Origin: Heteronotia binoei
Lineage: Eukaryota
Length of the DNA: 64,000 nt
NCBI RefSeq assembly: GCF_032191835.1
Contig: NC_083232.1
Span: forward strand, 62,001 to 126,000
Direction of reading: 5' to 3'
Shown here: positions 47,851-58,602 of the stretch, piece by piece
How the letters are laid out: every line of letters begins with the position of its first letter
Numbering within the stretch: the stretch's first letter is position 1
The notes under the pieces: generated by a model
Databases searched by the model: none
What the model was told of the DNA's origin: nothing
The model's input: only the letters and a program-made list of their open reading frames with translations
Position numbers and translations under genes: made by a program

Positions 47851-49242
47851 ACCTGGCTGCCACTTGGGGCACACCTCAGCTCAGTCCATCTGCTTTAAAA
47901 ACAAGGGACCTTTGTTTGCTGCTGCAGAACTTTTGAGTCGAAGCACAGAGATGTCCCCTGTAGCCCTTTTGGGATGGGCAACATTATTTCCCCTACCTGA
48001 ATGGAGCTCGCTTGAACTGTGGGGCTGCTCCTGATAAAAATGAGCCTATGGTGGGGTGGAGAGGTCCTGACCTTGTTTTCAGGCATGGCATGAGCTGCTC
48101 TCCACTCCAGCATTCCCCTTGGGCCAGGTGGGCTCCTCCTTCCTCCAGCCCTAGCCAAGGAGACCTGCTCACCTGTGGAGCTGCCTGCTCCTTCTGCGTG
48201 GACCAGATGTGGCCGTGCAGGCACCGGCTTCTCTCCCTGCCCCAGCCAGGTGACCACGGTCGTGGGCGAGAGAGCGCCTTTTGCGCGCACAGCAGGGGGA
48301 AGGCAGTTACTGACTGAACAGACGGGGGGGGGGGCACACTTTGTACACCAAAGTACTCGGGTGGGGAAGATCAGCGTGCTTTTGCAATTATACCCAAACC
48401 CAGCAATGCCTCTCGGCCAACGGCCAGCACCCGGTCATGGCCAAGCCAAGGGAAGGCATTTCTACCCGCTCCCCCCACCCGCGATGGCCCCTGCTCTCCA
48501 AACACAGCTGTTGCCCTTTAGGGGGGGCGGGGAGACGACCCAAGACCTGGCTCCCTAACCCTTTCTGCCTCCACTTCTGCCACTATGGGGATGCAGGCTT
48601 TTCCTCAGAGGGGGTAAAAACAGCTGCGGAGGAAAAGGTTAGAGGCAGCTCTAGCCCCACCTGTCTCCCTCTTGGAAAGAGAAAGCTGGAGGCTGTGAAA
48701 TGACCCCCGCACACCCTCCCCCTGGCCGTCCCAAGCAGGGCCAGCCTCCCCATTCTGGGGGTGGGGGGGACAACTCAGTTTAGGACTGAGGGCAGGAGGA
48801 GGAGGCCACCTGCACCCGTTGGGGGGCCGAGAGGAAGCCCTCTGCCCCCACTTGTGGGGCAGGGGAGAGAGCCTGCCTCAGGTTCATGAGGACCCATCCC
48901 CTCCCTCGCCCACCTGGGCTCCTTTGCATCACATCCCCACAGTTCAGCCTGCCGGCACATGCTCTCTCTCTCCCCACGCCCTGCTGCCGCCACATTCGCA
49001 GAGACGCAGAGGTTGCCGAGAGGCACTTCTCCCCCCACAACACTGCCCTGCCCCACCAGTGGTTCTGCTACAGAGTTGGATGCGATCCTGATTTTGGGGA
49101 TGCTGGAATGCAAGGAAGAGGCTTCGGACAAAAGCTGACCTGCGAGAGACGGCTCCGGTGCTTCTGCCCTTGATGGGGCAGATGGGAAAAGTGGGTACCT
49201 GGGGAAGGAAGAGGGGTCACACCAGGGTCTTCTCCCTCCATC

Positions 49243-49248
49243 TTTATT
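49243..49248 (-). terminator. Polyadenylation signal AATAAA, likely ABCF2
   Basis: TTTATT on the plus strand, ~430 nt downstream of the ABCF2 stop. Confidence 0.6.
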
Positions 49249-49680
49249 GACTCATTGTGCCCCAGGCAGGCCTGCAGGTGGCACATAGACTGATAAATAC
49301 TTGTTAAAAACCAACAGAGGCCCCAGCCGGACAGCAGAGTCCAGGGACTGCAGCAGCAAGAAGCCAGGCGCTCCATCCAAGCCCGCCAGCAGCAAGCATC
49401 CCCCGGGGGTTGGGGGGTGGGGAGCATTTCACACACAGAGAGGAGGACAGGAGAGGCTCCGGCCTGGAAGTCGGCATCCGGCTGCACCGGTCAGCAGCAC
49501 AGCCCTGGCGGTGGACGGCAGGCAGAGGAGGGGGAGATGACCCGAGGCTCGGCAAGGAGCGACGGAAGAAGCGGCTGCAGCAGGGCCCCGCGAGGACCGG
49601 GAGCCACACAGTCTGTTCCTGCCCTGGGGCCAGAGGCTCGCTTTGGTCTCCAGAGATGGCCCTGGCCAGTCCAGCCGCAC

Positions 49681-52600
49681 TCACACGCTGGGGGGCTTCT
49701 TGGGCAGCTGAGGCTCCTCCCCCGCCAGCTTGGACTTCAGGTGCTCCTTGTAGGAGAGGATGTCGCCGGGCCACTTGCTGATGGTCTGCTTCTCACACAC
49801 CCAGATCTCTTGAGCAACCTGGATGACGACAAGAACACAGGTAGGCGTTTGCTGCTGGAGCCCCACCCAGAGGCTGCAGGGGCCAGTCAGGGTCATGTGC
49901 TGAGCTGCAGGTTCTCCCCAGCCCCCGGCACAGGCTGGCCACTCAGTCTGGGGGCTTCTCCTCCCCCCACCCCGTTTCCTGAGCTGAAACACCACTGGGA
50001 GGGAGGGAGGGAGTGGGAGAGAGCTGTGGTCTGCAGGAAAGCTCCCCTGCACTGAGCCCCTAGGCACCTCCCTGCGGGGACAACGGCCTGGAGGGGAACA
50101 CAGAAGCCCCGGTCTGGCCCTGGGTGTGAGGGAACAGAGGAGAGAGCCTGCAACTCATGCAGGATAGGGCCCCCAGAGCCAACCCGTGTACTTGGGGAAA
50201 GCCAAGGAAATCCTTCAGGCCGTGGCTGCTGGCATCCAGAGGGACACGCTGCTGCCGCCGCCCATGGAGGCTTCTTTCAGCTGTCAGAGCTGTCCCCATT
50301 CCTCACTGCAACTTTTGTATCCCCCCCTTTCTGCCCTACTGGAACTGCTGACGTCTTTTCTTATTTCCTTTAAATCTAAAATGGGTGGCTGTTCCACATT
50401 CCACAACCCCACGTGTGAACAAGTATTCCTGGTTTCTCTCCTGACCTCCTGCCAAGTCACACCTCTATGGGGAGGCTGAGTGGAGAGAGAAGCTGCTCTC
50501 TTCAAACCCTTTATCACCTCTCCCTTGGTCACCAGCAATGCTCCCTCTAATGCTTTGGTGCAGGGGGCTGGACTAGATGACCCTGGAGGTCCCTTCCAAC
50601 TCTATGATTCTGGTTCCCACCTCAGGCAGGATGGCAGAGCGGCAGCTGGCCAGCTCCCGAGGAGTCCTGGCAGAAGAGGGTGGCGTGGATCCATTCCATC
50701 CTTCCTGGTTTCCTGGGGTAGGTATTTGTGGGTTTCCTGCATTGTGCAGGGGGTTGGACTAGATGACCCTGGAGATCCCTTCCAATTCTATGATTCTGGT
50801 TCCCACCTCAGGCAGGATGGCAGAGTGGCGGCTGGCCAGCTCCCGAGTTGTCCTGGCAGAAGAGGGTGGAGCAGATCCATTCCACCCTGCCTGGTTTCCA
50901 GGCTCAGCCGTGGCAGTGCTGGAGTAGGAGGAGACACACAAACAGCCGACTTTGGGGGTTAGGACTGACGGAAGGCTCTCTGCTGTGGAGCTTTTGGTCC
51001 TCTGAGGGGGGGCGGGGAAGGCTGCTCAGCCCCTTGGCCTCTGTCTCCCCTGTACTTCTGAATGGGGGGGAGGGGGAGGAGCCTGGCCTTAGCAGCCCCT
51101 TCTGGCCTTAGCAGCCCCTCATGCTGATGACATCCGGCTCTCTCTCTCGCACCTCCAGCTGATCAGTGGGAAACAGAAACGGGTCCGGAGGCAGGTCAGA
51201 AGGGGAGAGGGCTCATAATCCTGACAAAACAGAGTTGTTTCTGGTGGGGGAAGATCTGGCCCCGAAATTGGAGCACCTCCTGTTCCGGATGGGGTTCCAC
51301 CCTTCCTATGCACAGAAGCAGGATGGAGCATGGGAGTGCTGCTAAAAAGTGGTAGCAGCAGCGACCAGGGTGACTTCACCAGCTTTGGTGGCAAAGAGCT
51401 TGGGACTGCAGTGCATGCCCTGATCATATTCAGATTAGACTACTGCAACGCACTCTGCATGGGACTGCCCTTGAAGACAGCCAGAAGCAAGAAATGGTAC
51501 GGGATGCTGTGAGGTGAGACGGAGAGGGACCATAACCACACTGGCTCCTCCCTATTAATCTTTCAAGCCCCGTAAGGCTTGGGGCCAGCAGAGCTGCAGG
51601 ACTGCCTGTTGTCATATGACCCTAGCTGCCCCCTCTGGAGACCCTGCTTGGGATGCCCCTGCTGCCCCCTGAGACTAGACAGGTGCAACCTGAGAAGGAG
51701 CATTCTTAGCTGCGGTGTCATCAAAGCTTTCAAAATCCATCCTGAAGGGACCTCCAGGGTTATGTAGTCCAGCCCCTGCACAATGCAGGAAACTCACCAA
51801 TACGTCCCCAGTGACCACTGCAGACTCCATGCCCAGAAGATGGCAAAAACCCCTCCAGGTTTTTGGGGTCAGGCAGGAGGGAAACTGCTGCCTGACCCCC
51901 AAGTGGTGATCCGCATTTCTCTAGGCCTGTTAGAAAAGGCCAGGAAGACTAAGCCCTGAGGCAGCCCTTCCTAATTTACAGAATCAGCCTTGCTGTCAGG
52001 CGGCCATCCAGCCTCTGTTTAAGGAAGAAGCCAGGTGAAGACACTGCTTGTTCAGTGTTCCGTTACTAACTGTTATCGGCCTCCTTACCTAGTTATGGTA
52101 CATGCAGTTGTCCGTTTATGCATTTCACTGACTTGTTCAAATATTTTATATGTGCACATTTTAAAAGCTGTTTTAAAGTTGAAATACCTAAAGACTTTGA
52201 CATCTGCTACCTTAAGGGCCCTATTTGGGTGAAGAGGCATCATGCGGGTTTTTAAAATAATAACCATGCCATAAACCCCAACCCCCCACAGGTACTGCTT
52301 AGTGCTCCCCACCCCCGACCTGCTGGATGAGGCGGAAGTCGTGGCTGACGAGCATCATGCCCCCCTCGAAGTCGTTGATGGCGTCGGCCAAGGCGTCGAT
52401 GGTCTCGATGTCCAGGTGGTTGGTGGGCTCATCCAGGAAGAGCATGTGGGGGTTCTGCCAGGCCAGCCACGCAAAGCACACACGGCACTTCTGCCCATCC
52501 GACAGGTTCCGGATTGGGCTGACCTGCCAGGGGAAGGAAGACACACCTTCAGCACTGCGGCACCATGACAAGCAGGGCCAGCTCGCCCACTAGGCAAACT

Positions 52601-55600
52601 CGGAGATGGGGGGCGGCAAATGAGGCCCTCCCCCCTCTGGTGCCCCAGCCAGGCAACCGCCTAGTTTGCCTCCCTCCCCCGCACTGCTGCTGTGGCCGCT
52701 GCTAGCCCCCTCTGGCTCCCCGCCGCCCTGCTCACTTGCTTGCTGCTCCTCCCCTCCGCCGCTCGATACAAAACACACAGGTGCAGGCTGCCAGGAGCTG
52801 GCAGACCACAGTTTTAGGAAGTGAGCAGAGCCTTGGCGGGGTGGGATGGAGGAAGGCAGCCTGCGTAGGGCGCCAAGCAGCCTCCTGCCAAGAGCCGAGC
52901 CAGAGCCCTAGAGGAAAGAGCCCATTTGCAGCTGCCAGGAAGCCAGCCCCACCCGCGTGCATCCACAGAGAAGGTCCTTGGGCTGGGCTGCCTGGCCCCT
53001 TCAGGGAGACAGAGGCCCTCTCCACAGCCCTTCCGGCAGGGAAAGAGGAGTGCAGCAGACGACAAGGCAGGCTGCAACTGGCACCCTCCAGGGCTGGGCA
53101 GCATCTCAAGCTCCCCTCCTCCTCTCTCCAAACCAGCCCCCCCACTGGCCCCACAGAACCACCCCATCCGTGCACAGAAGAGGCAGCGGGGGTGTGTGTT
53201 CTCGTTCCAGCCCCAAAGTGAAGCTGTTCTCCTCAAGCCTCTAGAACAAATCCTTGCGGGAGGAGAAGCCCCCCCCCCCCTCATGGCCTCAGCAACTGCA
53301 TCATCCCCAAAAGTGGAAACTTTTAAGGAGGAAGTGAAATCGGAAGTTTCCCTGTGGCTGCCCCAGAGCCTTTCTTTTCTGAGAGCCTCCAGGGAACACT
53401 CCCCAGTTCAGAAGACGCCCCCCCCCCCAACGCACCTGCTGCTTCCCCGTCAGGCCGTAGCGGCCAATGATCTTCCGCATCTCCTCCTTCTCCTTGATCT
53501 CCGGGTAGCACTTCATCATGTACTCCAGGGGGGACAGATCCAAGTCCAGCTGCTCTTGCAAGTGCTGCAGGCAGGAAAGGAAGAGGGGAGATGCCGAGCA
53601 GCAGCCACAGCCGGTCTGGGGCCTTCCTCAGCAAGACCCTGCAGCTCATGCTTGGGAAGGGAACCCCACCCCTCCTGCATCCCCCCACCCCCACCCCCCC
53701 GCTCAGGAACAGGTTCAGCTCCCTGACAGCACCTGGTGGTATCTGCCGATCTTGACATGCGAGTGTTTGCGGATCATCCCGTCAGTGGGCAGGAGCTGGG
53801 GTGGGAAAAGGAGGCCAGTGAGAACACGGAAGCCTCACCCACCCGTTCCTCCTCCCCCCCGCTGGAGACTCCGGGAGCAGAGAAGGCACTCACCTCCCCC
53901 GTGAGCAGCTTGAGCAGCGTGGACTTCCCGGCTCCGTTGGGTCCTACCAGGGCCACCCGAGTGTCCAGATCAATCCCAAACTCCAGGTTGGTGTAAATCC
54001 AAGGCTAAAACCCCAGGCAGAGAGAGAGAGAGAGAGGCGGGCTAGAGTGAGCTGCTCTGGGAGACACTCTCCTGCCCCCCCCCACGCCTTCCACTCACCC
54101 CATGCGTGGTGTACCGGAAGCTCACGTTCTGCACCATGATGACTGGTGGGGGGATCTTCCCACAGGAGGGGAAATAGAATGAGAGCGTCTGGCGAGAAGC
54201 AAAGGAAGGAAACAGCTCTGTCAAGACTCCTGCCAGCAACGACCGTGCCCTGCCCAGGGGTGGGGGGCTCAGCGCCATTCCTCCCCTCCCCTCCCCACCA
54301 GCTCAGGCCACCCTACCTTGTCGCTGATCACCCGTTCTGTCAGTCCCGAGGCCATCATCTTTTGGAGTGTCTTCTCCTTGCTCTGTGCCTGGCGGGCTAA
54401 CTTGGCGCTGCCGTGACCAAAGCGCGCAATGTAGTTCTGTAACAAGCCAAAAACTCCTTTATCGGTGCAATGGCCAAGCGTGCCAGGGCTGCCCCCCCAA
54501 ACCCGCCCCCCCAGCAGGCCCTGACTTCTGCCCTCTGCAGGCCACAGCTGGTGCTACCTTCATGTGCGCAATCTGGTCTTGCTCCCAGTGGAACCTCTTC
54601 ATCTGGTTCTCCTCCAGCTCCAGGCGGGTCTTGACGTACTGGTCGTAGTTGCCCTGAAGAGGGAGAGGGAGGAGGACGGAGCCAACCTTTAGCCCTCCAG
54701 GACCATTCCGAGCAGGCCCCCCAAGCTTGGAGCTCTGGCCCATCCAGACCCACAGAGCCCTGACTGGAGGGCTGCCCCCCACAGCAGGAGCCTCACTCAC
54801 CGTGTAGTACTTGAGCTTGCGGTTGTGCATATGGATGATGTTGGTGCAGACCCCGTTCAGGAAGTCCTGGGAGTGCGAGATCAACACGAGGATGCGCTTG
54901 AACCTGCAAAGCCAAGAGCAGCCGTGCCTGAGGAGGAGGAGGAATGGGGGCAGGGAGAGATCTGCTGCGGGACCACCCTGCCCCTGCCCCACGGCTGCTG
55001 CCCCCCACTCACGTCTTCAGCTCCTCCTCCAGCCACACGCAGGCATCCAGGTCAAGGTGGTTCGTGGGCTCATCCAGGAGCAGCATGAACGGCCGGATGA
55101 ACAGAGCTCTGCAAAGGACAGCCAGAATAAGGAGCTGGGCAGGGCCCTTTCCAGTGAGTGGCCGGGGGGGTGGGGGTGTGTGTCATGATCGGAGGCCTAG
55201 TGGGGTCTACGAGCTCCAGAGGAGCCCATGCTAGAATAGCTACAGGATCCCTTCAGACCCTCTGATTGGGTGGGCAGCACTTCTGGAGAGAAAACTTGCT
55301 CAGGGGAGTGGGACCTGGAAAGAAGGAAATAAAAGGCCCAGCTACAGAGTGAAAGTTGTTCTCTCCAGAGAGGCTGCAGCAGGAGGGTTCCATCACCCAA
55401 GCAGTGGTGAGTCTGCTGGCATTAGGAGAAGGAAACGTACAGGTAGTTGTGTTAGGGCTTTTATATTTCTTTGTTCCACCTTTACTATTGTTTTTTTCAC
55501 TTCCACTGTCGTGCTAATAATTAAAACCGCTTGTTGTTTTGAGCACTCACAATAAGCTTATTGTACTGCCTGGATCCCTATGTCTCTTTGGTTATAGACA

Positions 55601-58142
55601 GAAGATGTTTTGTTAAGAAGGAAGATGAGGTGGGGTGGGTGCTCTGGGCCCTCCCAGAAAGACCTGTCTCAGAGTGATGGCAGCCAACAAAAGGCCTTTC
55701 CTGATCCCATCTGAAAAGCCTCCCCTCCTGCTGCCTACCTGGCGAGAGCCACGCGCATCCGCCAGCCCCCGCTGAAGTCCTTCAGCTTTTTCCTTTGCAT
55801 GAGGGGGGTGAAGCCCAGGCCATGGAGGATCCGGGAGGCCCGCATCTCTGCCTTGTCAGCATCCAGCTCTTCTAGGCGCTCATACAGCTCCATCAGTTTC
55901 TCACATTCAGCTTTGCAAGGCAGGGAGGAAAATACTAATGAGCCTCTGCAGACAAGCTGCCATACCCCCTACTGCAGAAGCCATGAGGAAGGCTGTTCCC
56001 ACCTCTGCAGGCTACCACATTGCAGCTGTGGCACACAAAACCCTCTTGAGAAATCCCTGCCCTCCCCGGTGTCTAAGAAAGCACCCCCCCGGGCAGCCGA
56101 GGCAGTTACCGTCCTCGTGAGCGAGCCGTTCAGCCTCCCGCTCCAGCATGGCTCTTTCTGTGTCCACCTCCATGACACACTGCAGGGGAGTTTTCTCACT
56201 GGGCGGCATCTCTCGCGTCAGGTGGTAGATGTCTATGTGCTCCGGAATGGGCACTTCCCGCTTCCCAATGGCAGACAGCAACATGGACTTTCCTTAAAAC
56301 ACCAGAAGGAGAGCGTTATTCTAGCAGAGCGCAGCAGCTTCTGTGATTCCCAGTACAGAGAGGCAGCTACTGATGCAGGCTCCAGACAAGGAGGCAGTGC
56401 CTTATGCACCCCCTATGCTTAAAGAAACAGTGGGCACCTCCCTGAACCTGTTCGAAGGAAGGGTGGGTTAATAAATCAATCAACAGTGCCCCCCATCCCG
56501 CTACTGCCAGAGTGAGAAAGTCCAAAGAATTCAACCCTGCAGCAGGCAGGGCCCACGAAACCACTGAACACTCAAAAGGAGGGCTGCTCAGCGCATGGTC
56601 TACTGGCACTGCTTGGGTGGAGAGGGTGGGATAGAAGCAGAAAAAGATGAATGGTGAAGAGCTTGCAAGTGTCCTGCAAGTCAGCTCTGCTTCACAGAAT
56701 GAAGCCCCCCCGGGGGCCAGCAAGCCTGCCTTTCATTCCCTCAAGTCACCTCAGCTCACCGCTTTGGGGAGTAAATCAAATCAAAGCACGCACTGAGAGA
56801 GCGAATCAGAATCTCCACTGCAAAGAATAATTCAGCCCTTCCAGCGCTGGAGCAGACAGCTAATATTCTGACTGATCCCCCGACTGACTCCCAGAGAATC
56901 CAGGAAGCCTAACGGGGCACTGTCCTTCCCACTTCTTCCTGAAGATGCCTTTGGCAAAGCAGCCGAGCTGAGGAAACAGCGCTGGCTCCAAGTCACCCAG
57001 GGAGGTTTGTGGCTAAACAGGGACCAGAAGAGCAGGGCTGGAAAGGAGAAAGGCACCAACTCCTCTATCCCTAAGTGAAGGGAGGCCGCGCTGGGCAACT
57101 TCCCCATGGGCAGGCAGGGGGCACGGAAGCCCTTCCGGAAAGGGCAAGACTTCTGCCAAACCAAAATGGAAGCTGAGAATTAACTCCATGGAGCTTCTCT
57201 GTGAGGCTGAGCCGTCAAGGCAGGCCGGTGGGGCATGGCGCAGGCAGGCAGGCCCCAGCAGAGCAGCTCACCGGTGCCGTTGAGGCCGATGAGGCCGTAG
57301 CGCCGGCCGGAGTTGAGCTCCAGCTTGGTGTCGCTGAGCAGCTCCTGGCCGTGGAAGGTGAGCGAGAGGCTGATGATGTGCACGTCGGTGCTGTTGGGGT
57401 GGGAGGCCAGAGCCCCCGTCACCGCCCGGGCGGCCGCCTTCTTCAGCTCGAACTCCTCCAGGGCGCGGGCGACCGCGTCCACCTCTGCGGGGGGGGGGGG
57501 AGAAGGGTCAGGGAGGGGGGAGGTTGTGCTGCCCCTCCTCGCAGCAGGGAGTTCCGCCGGCGCCCCCTCCCTCCCCCCCTGCCCGGGCGGCCGCCTTCTT
57601 GAGCTCGAACTCCCACCTCTGCGGGGGGGGGGGGAGAAGGGTCGGGGAGGGGGGAGGGAGGCTCTGCTCCTCCCCCCCCCGCAGCAGGGAGTTCCGCCGG
57701 CGCCCCTCCCCCCCCCCCGCCGGCCGCCTTCTTGAGCTCGAACTCCCACCTCTGCGGGGGGAGAAGGGTCGGGGGGGGGGAGGGAGGGTCTGCTCCTCCC
57801 CCCCGCAGCAGGGAGTTCCGCCGGCGCCCCTCCCTCCCCCCCCCCCCCGCCGCCTTCTTGAGCTCGAACTCCCACCTCTGCGGGGGGAGAAGGGTCGGGG
57901 GGGGGAGGGGGAAGCTCTGCTCCTCCCCCCCGCAGCAGGGAGTTCCGCCGGCGCCCCTCCCTCCCTCCCTCCCTCCCTCCCGCCCGCGGCTGACCGGCGT
58001 GGGGCGCGGCGTGCAGCTCTGCCTCGTCGCCGTTCTCGTCGGCCTCCTCCTCGGGGCCCGGGCCGCGCTTGGGCCGCTGCTGGCGCGCCTTGGCCGCCTC
58101 CTTCTTCTTGGCCGCCTTCTTCTTGGCCAGGTCGGACGGCAT
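49681..58142 (-). CDS. ABCF2: ATP-binding cassette subfamily F member 2, 621 aa
   Basis: 14 coding exons: 57995-58142, 57272-57484, 56110-56292, 55739-55910, 55013-55108, 54801-54903, 54558-54653, 54317-54436, 54099-54188, 53894-54004, 53733-53795, 53436-53564, 52320-52523, 49681-49818 (1866 nt, TGA). N-terminus [21 protein letters not shown]; Walker A GLNGTGKS and GPNGAGKS; signatures FSGGWRMR and LSDGQKCR; two LDEPTNHLD motifs. Confidence 0.97.
50558..50899 (+). repeat. Tandem duplication (period 186 bp) of a CR1 3' tip plus ~100 bp flank
   Basis: Copies at 50558-50713 and 50744-50899, each GTGCAGGGGG..GGACTAGATGACCCTGGAG..CCCTTCCAA.TCTATGATTCTGGTTCCCACCTCAGGCAGG...CTGGTTTCC. Confidence 0.9.
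51240..51620 (+). mobile_element. L2-type LINE relic
   Basis: Peptide [24 protein letters not shown], typical of the L2/CR1-group ORF2 C-terminus. Boundaries are approximate. Confidence 0.65.
51745..52020 (-). mobile_element. CR1 3' UTR fragment
   Basis: GAAGGGACCTCCAGGGTTATGTAGTCCAGCCCCTGCACAATGCAGGAAACTCAC matches the reverse complement of 12430-12480. Confidence 0.75.
57485..57965 (-). repeat. ~126-134-bp tandem repeat (3 extra copies plus original) spanning the ABCF2 coding-exon-2 acceptor
   Basis: Each unit ends CCCTTCTCCCCCCGCAG|AGGTGGGAGTTCGAGCTCAAGAAGGCGGC; extra AG at 57619-57620, 57752-57753, 57878-57879; true AG at 57485-57486. Confidence 0.93.
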
Positions 58143-58361
58143 GGCTGCAGAGACGCGGGGGGCGGGCGGGCGGCCTCCCTCACCGGGGCGGCGTGCGGGG
58201 CTGGCCTTCCTCCCTCCTTCCCTCTCGCCTCTCGCGGGTGTCGCAACAGAACAGCTGCTGCCGCGTGCGCACGCCCCGCCCCCTCCGGCGCCGCCGCCAA
58301 TCCGCGCCCGGGACGTCAGGCACGCCGGGCCCCGAGCGCCGCCGGGAAAACGAGTCGAGGC

Positions 58362-58414
58362 ACTACAAGCCCCAGCCTGCCCCGCGCCGCGCGCCGCCTG
58401 CTGGGAAATGGAGT
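58362..58414. promoter_or_regulatory. Pair of opposed ZNF143/SBS-like motifs
   Basis: Plus 58362-58386 ACTACAAGCCCCAGCCTGCCCCGCG and minus 58414-58396 ACTCCATTTCCCAGCAGGC; both resemble ACTACAnnTCCCAGnnTGC. Confidence 0.6.
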
Positions 58415-58602
58415 CCGGGACGCGGAGGGGAGGGGCTTCGAGGCGGAGGCCAACCGGGCGGGCGTGTGGACGGGGAGGGCGGCCTGCCAGGCGAGGGAGG
58501 GGGGCTTTGCTGCCTGGGGTTCAGCCTCCGCCCCGCTCGGTTGCCAGCCGCCCTCCCGCCCGGTCTCCCGCCCTCCCGGGCGGGGCTGCTCGGGGCCCGG
58601 CG

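Noticed and set aside
48170-48310. Exon-like segment ending in a strong donor (CACAG|gtgagc, minus strand) as a possible H2B.K exon 1
   Set aside because: None of the three frames resembles a histone N-terminus or the YKVLKQ motif, and no second exon was found.
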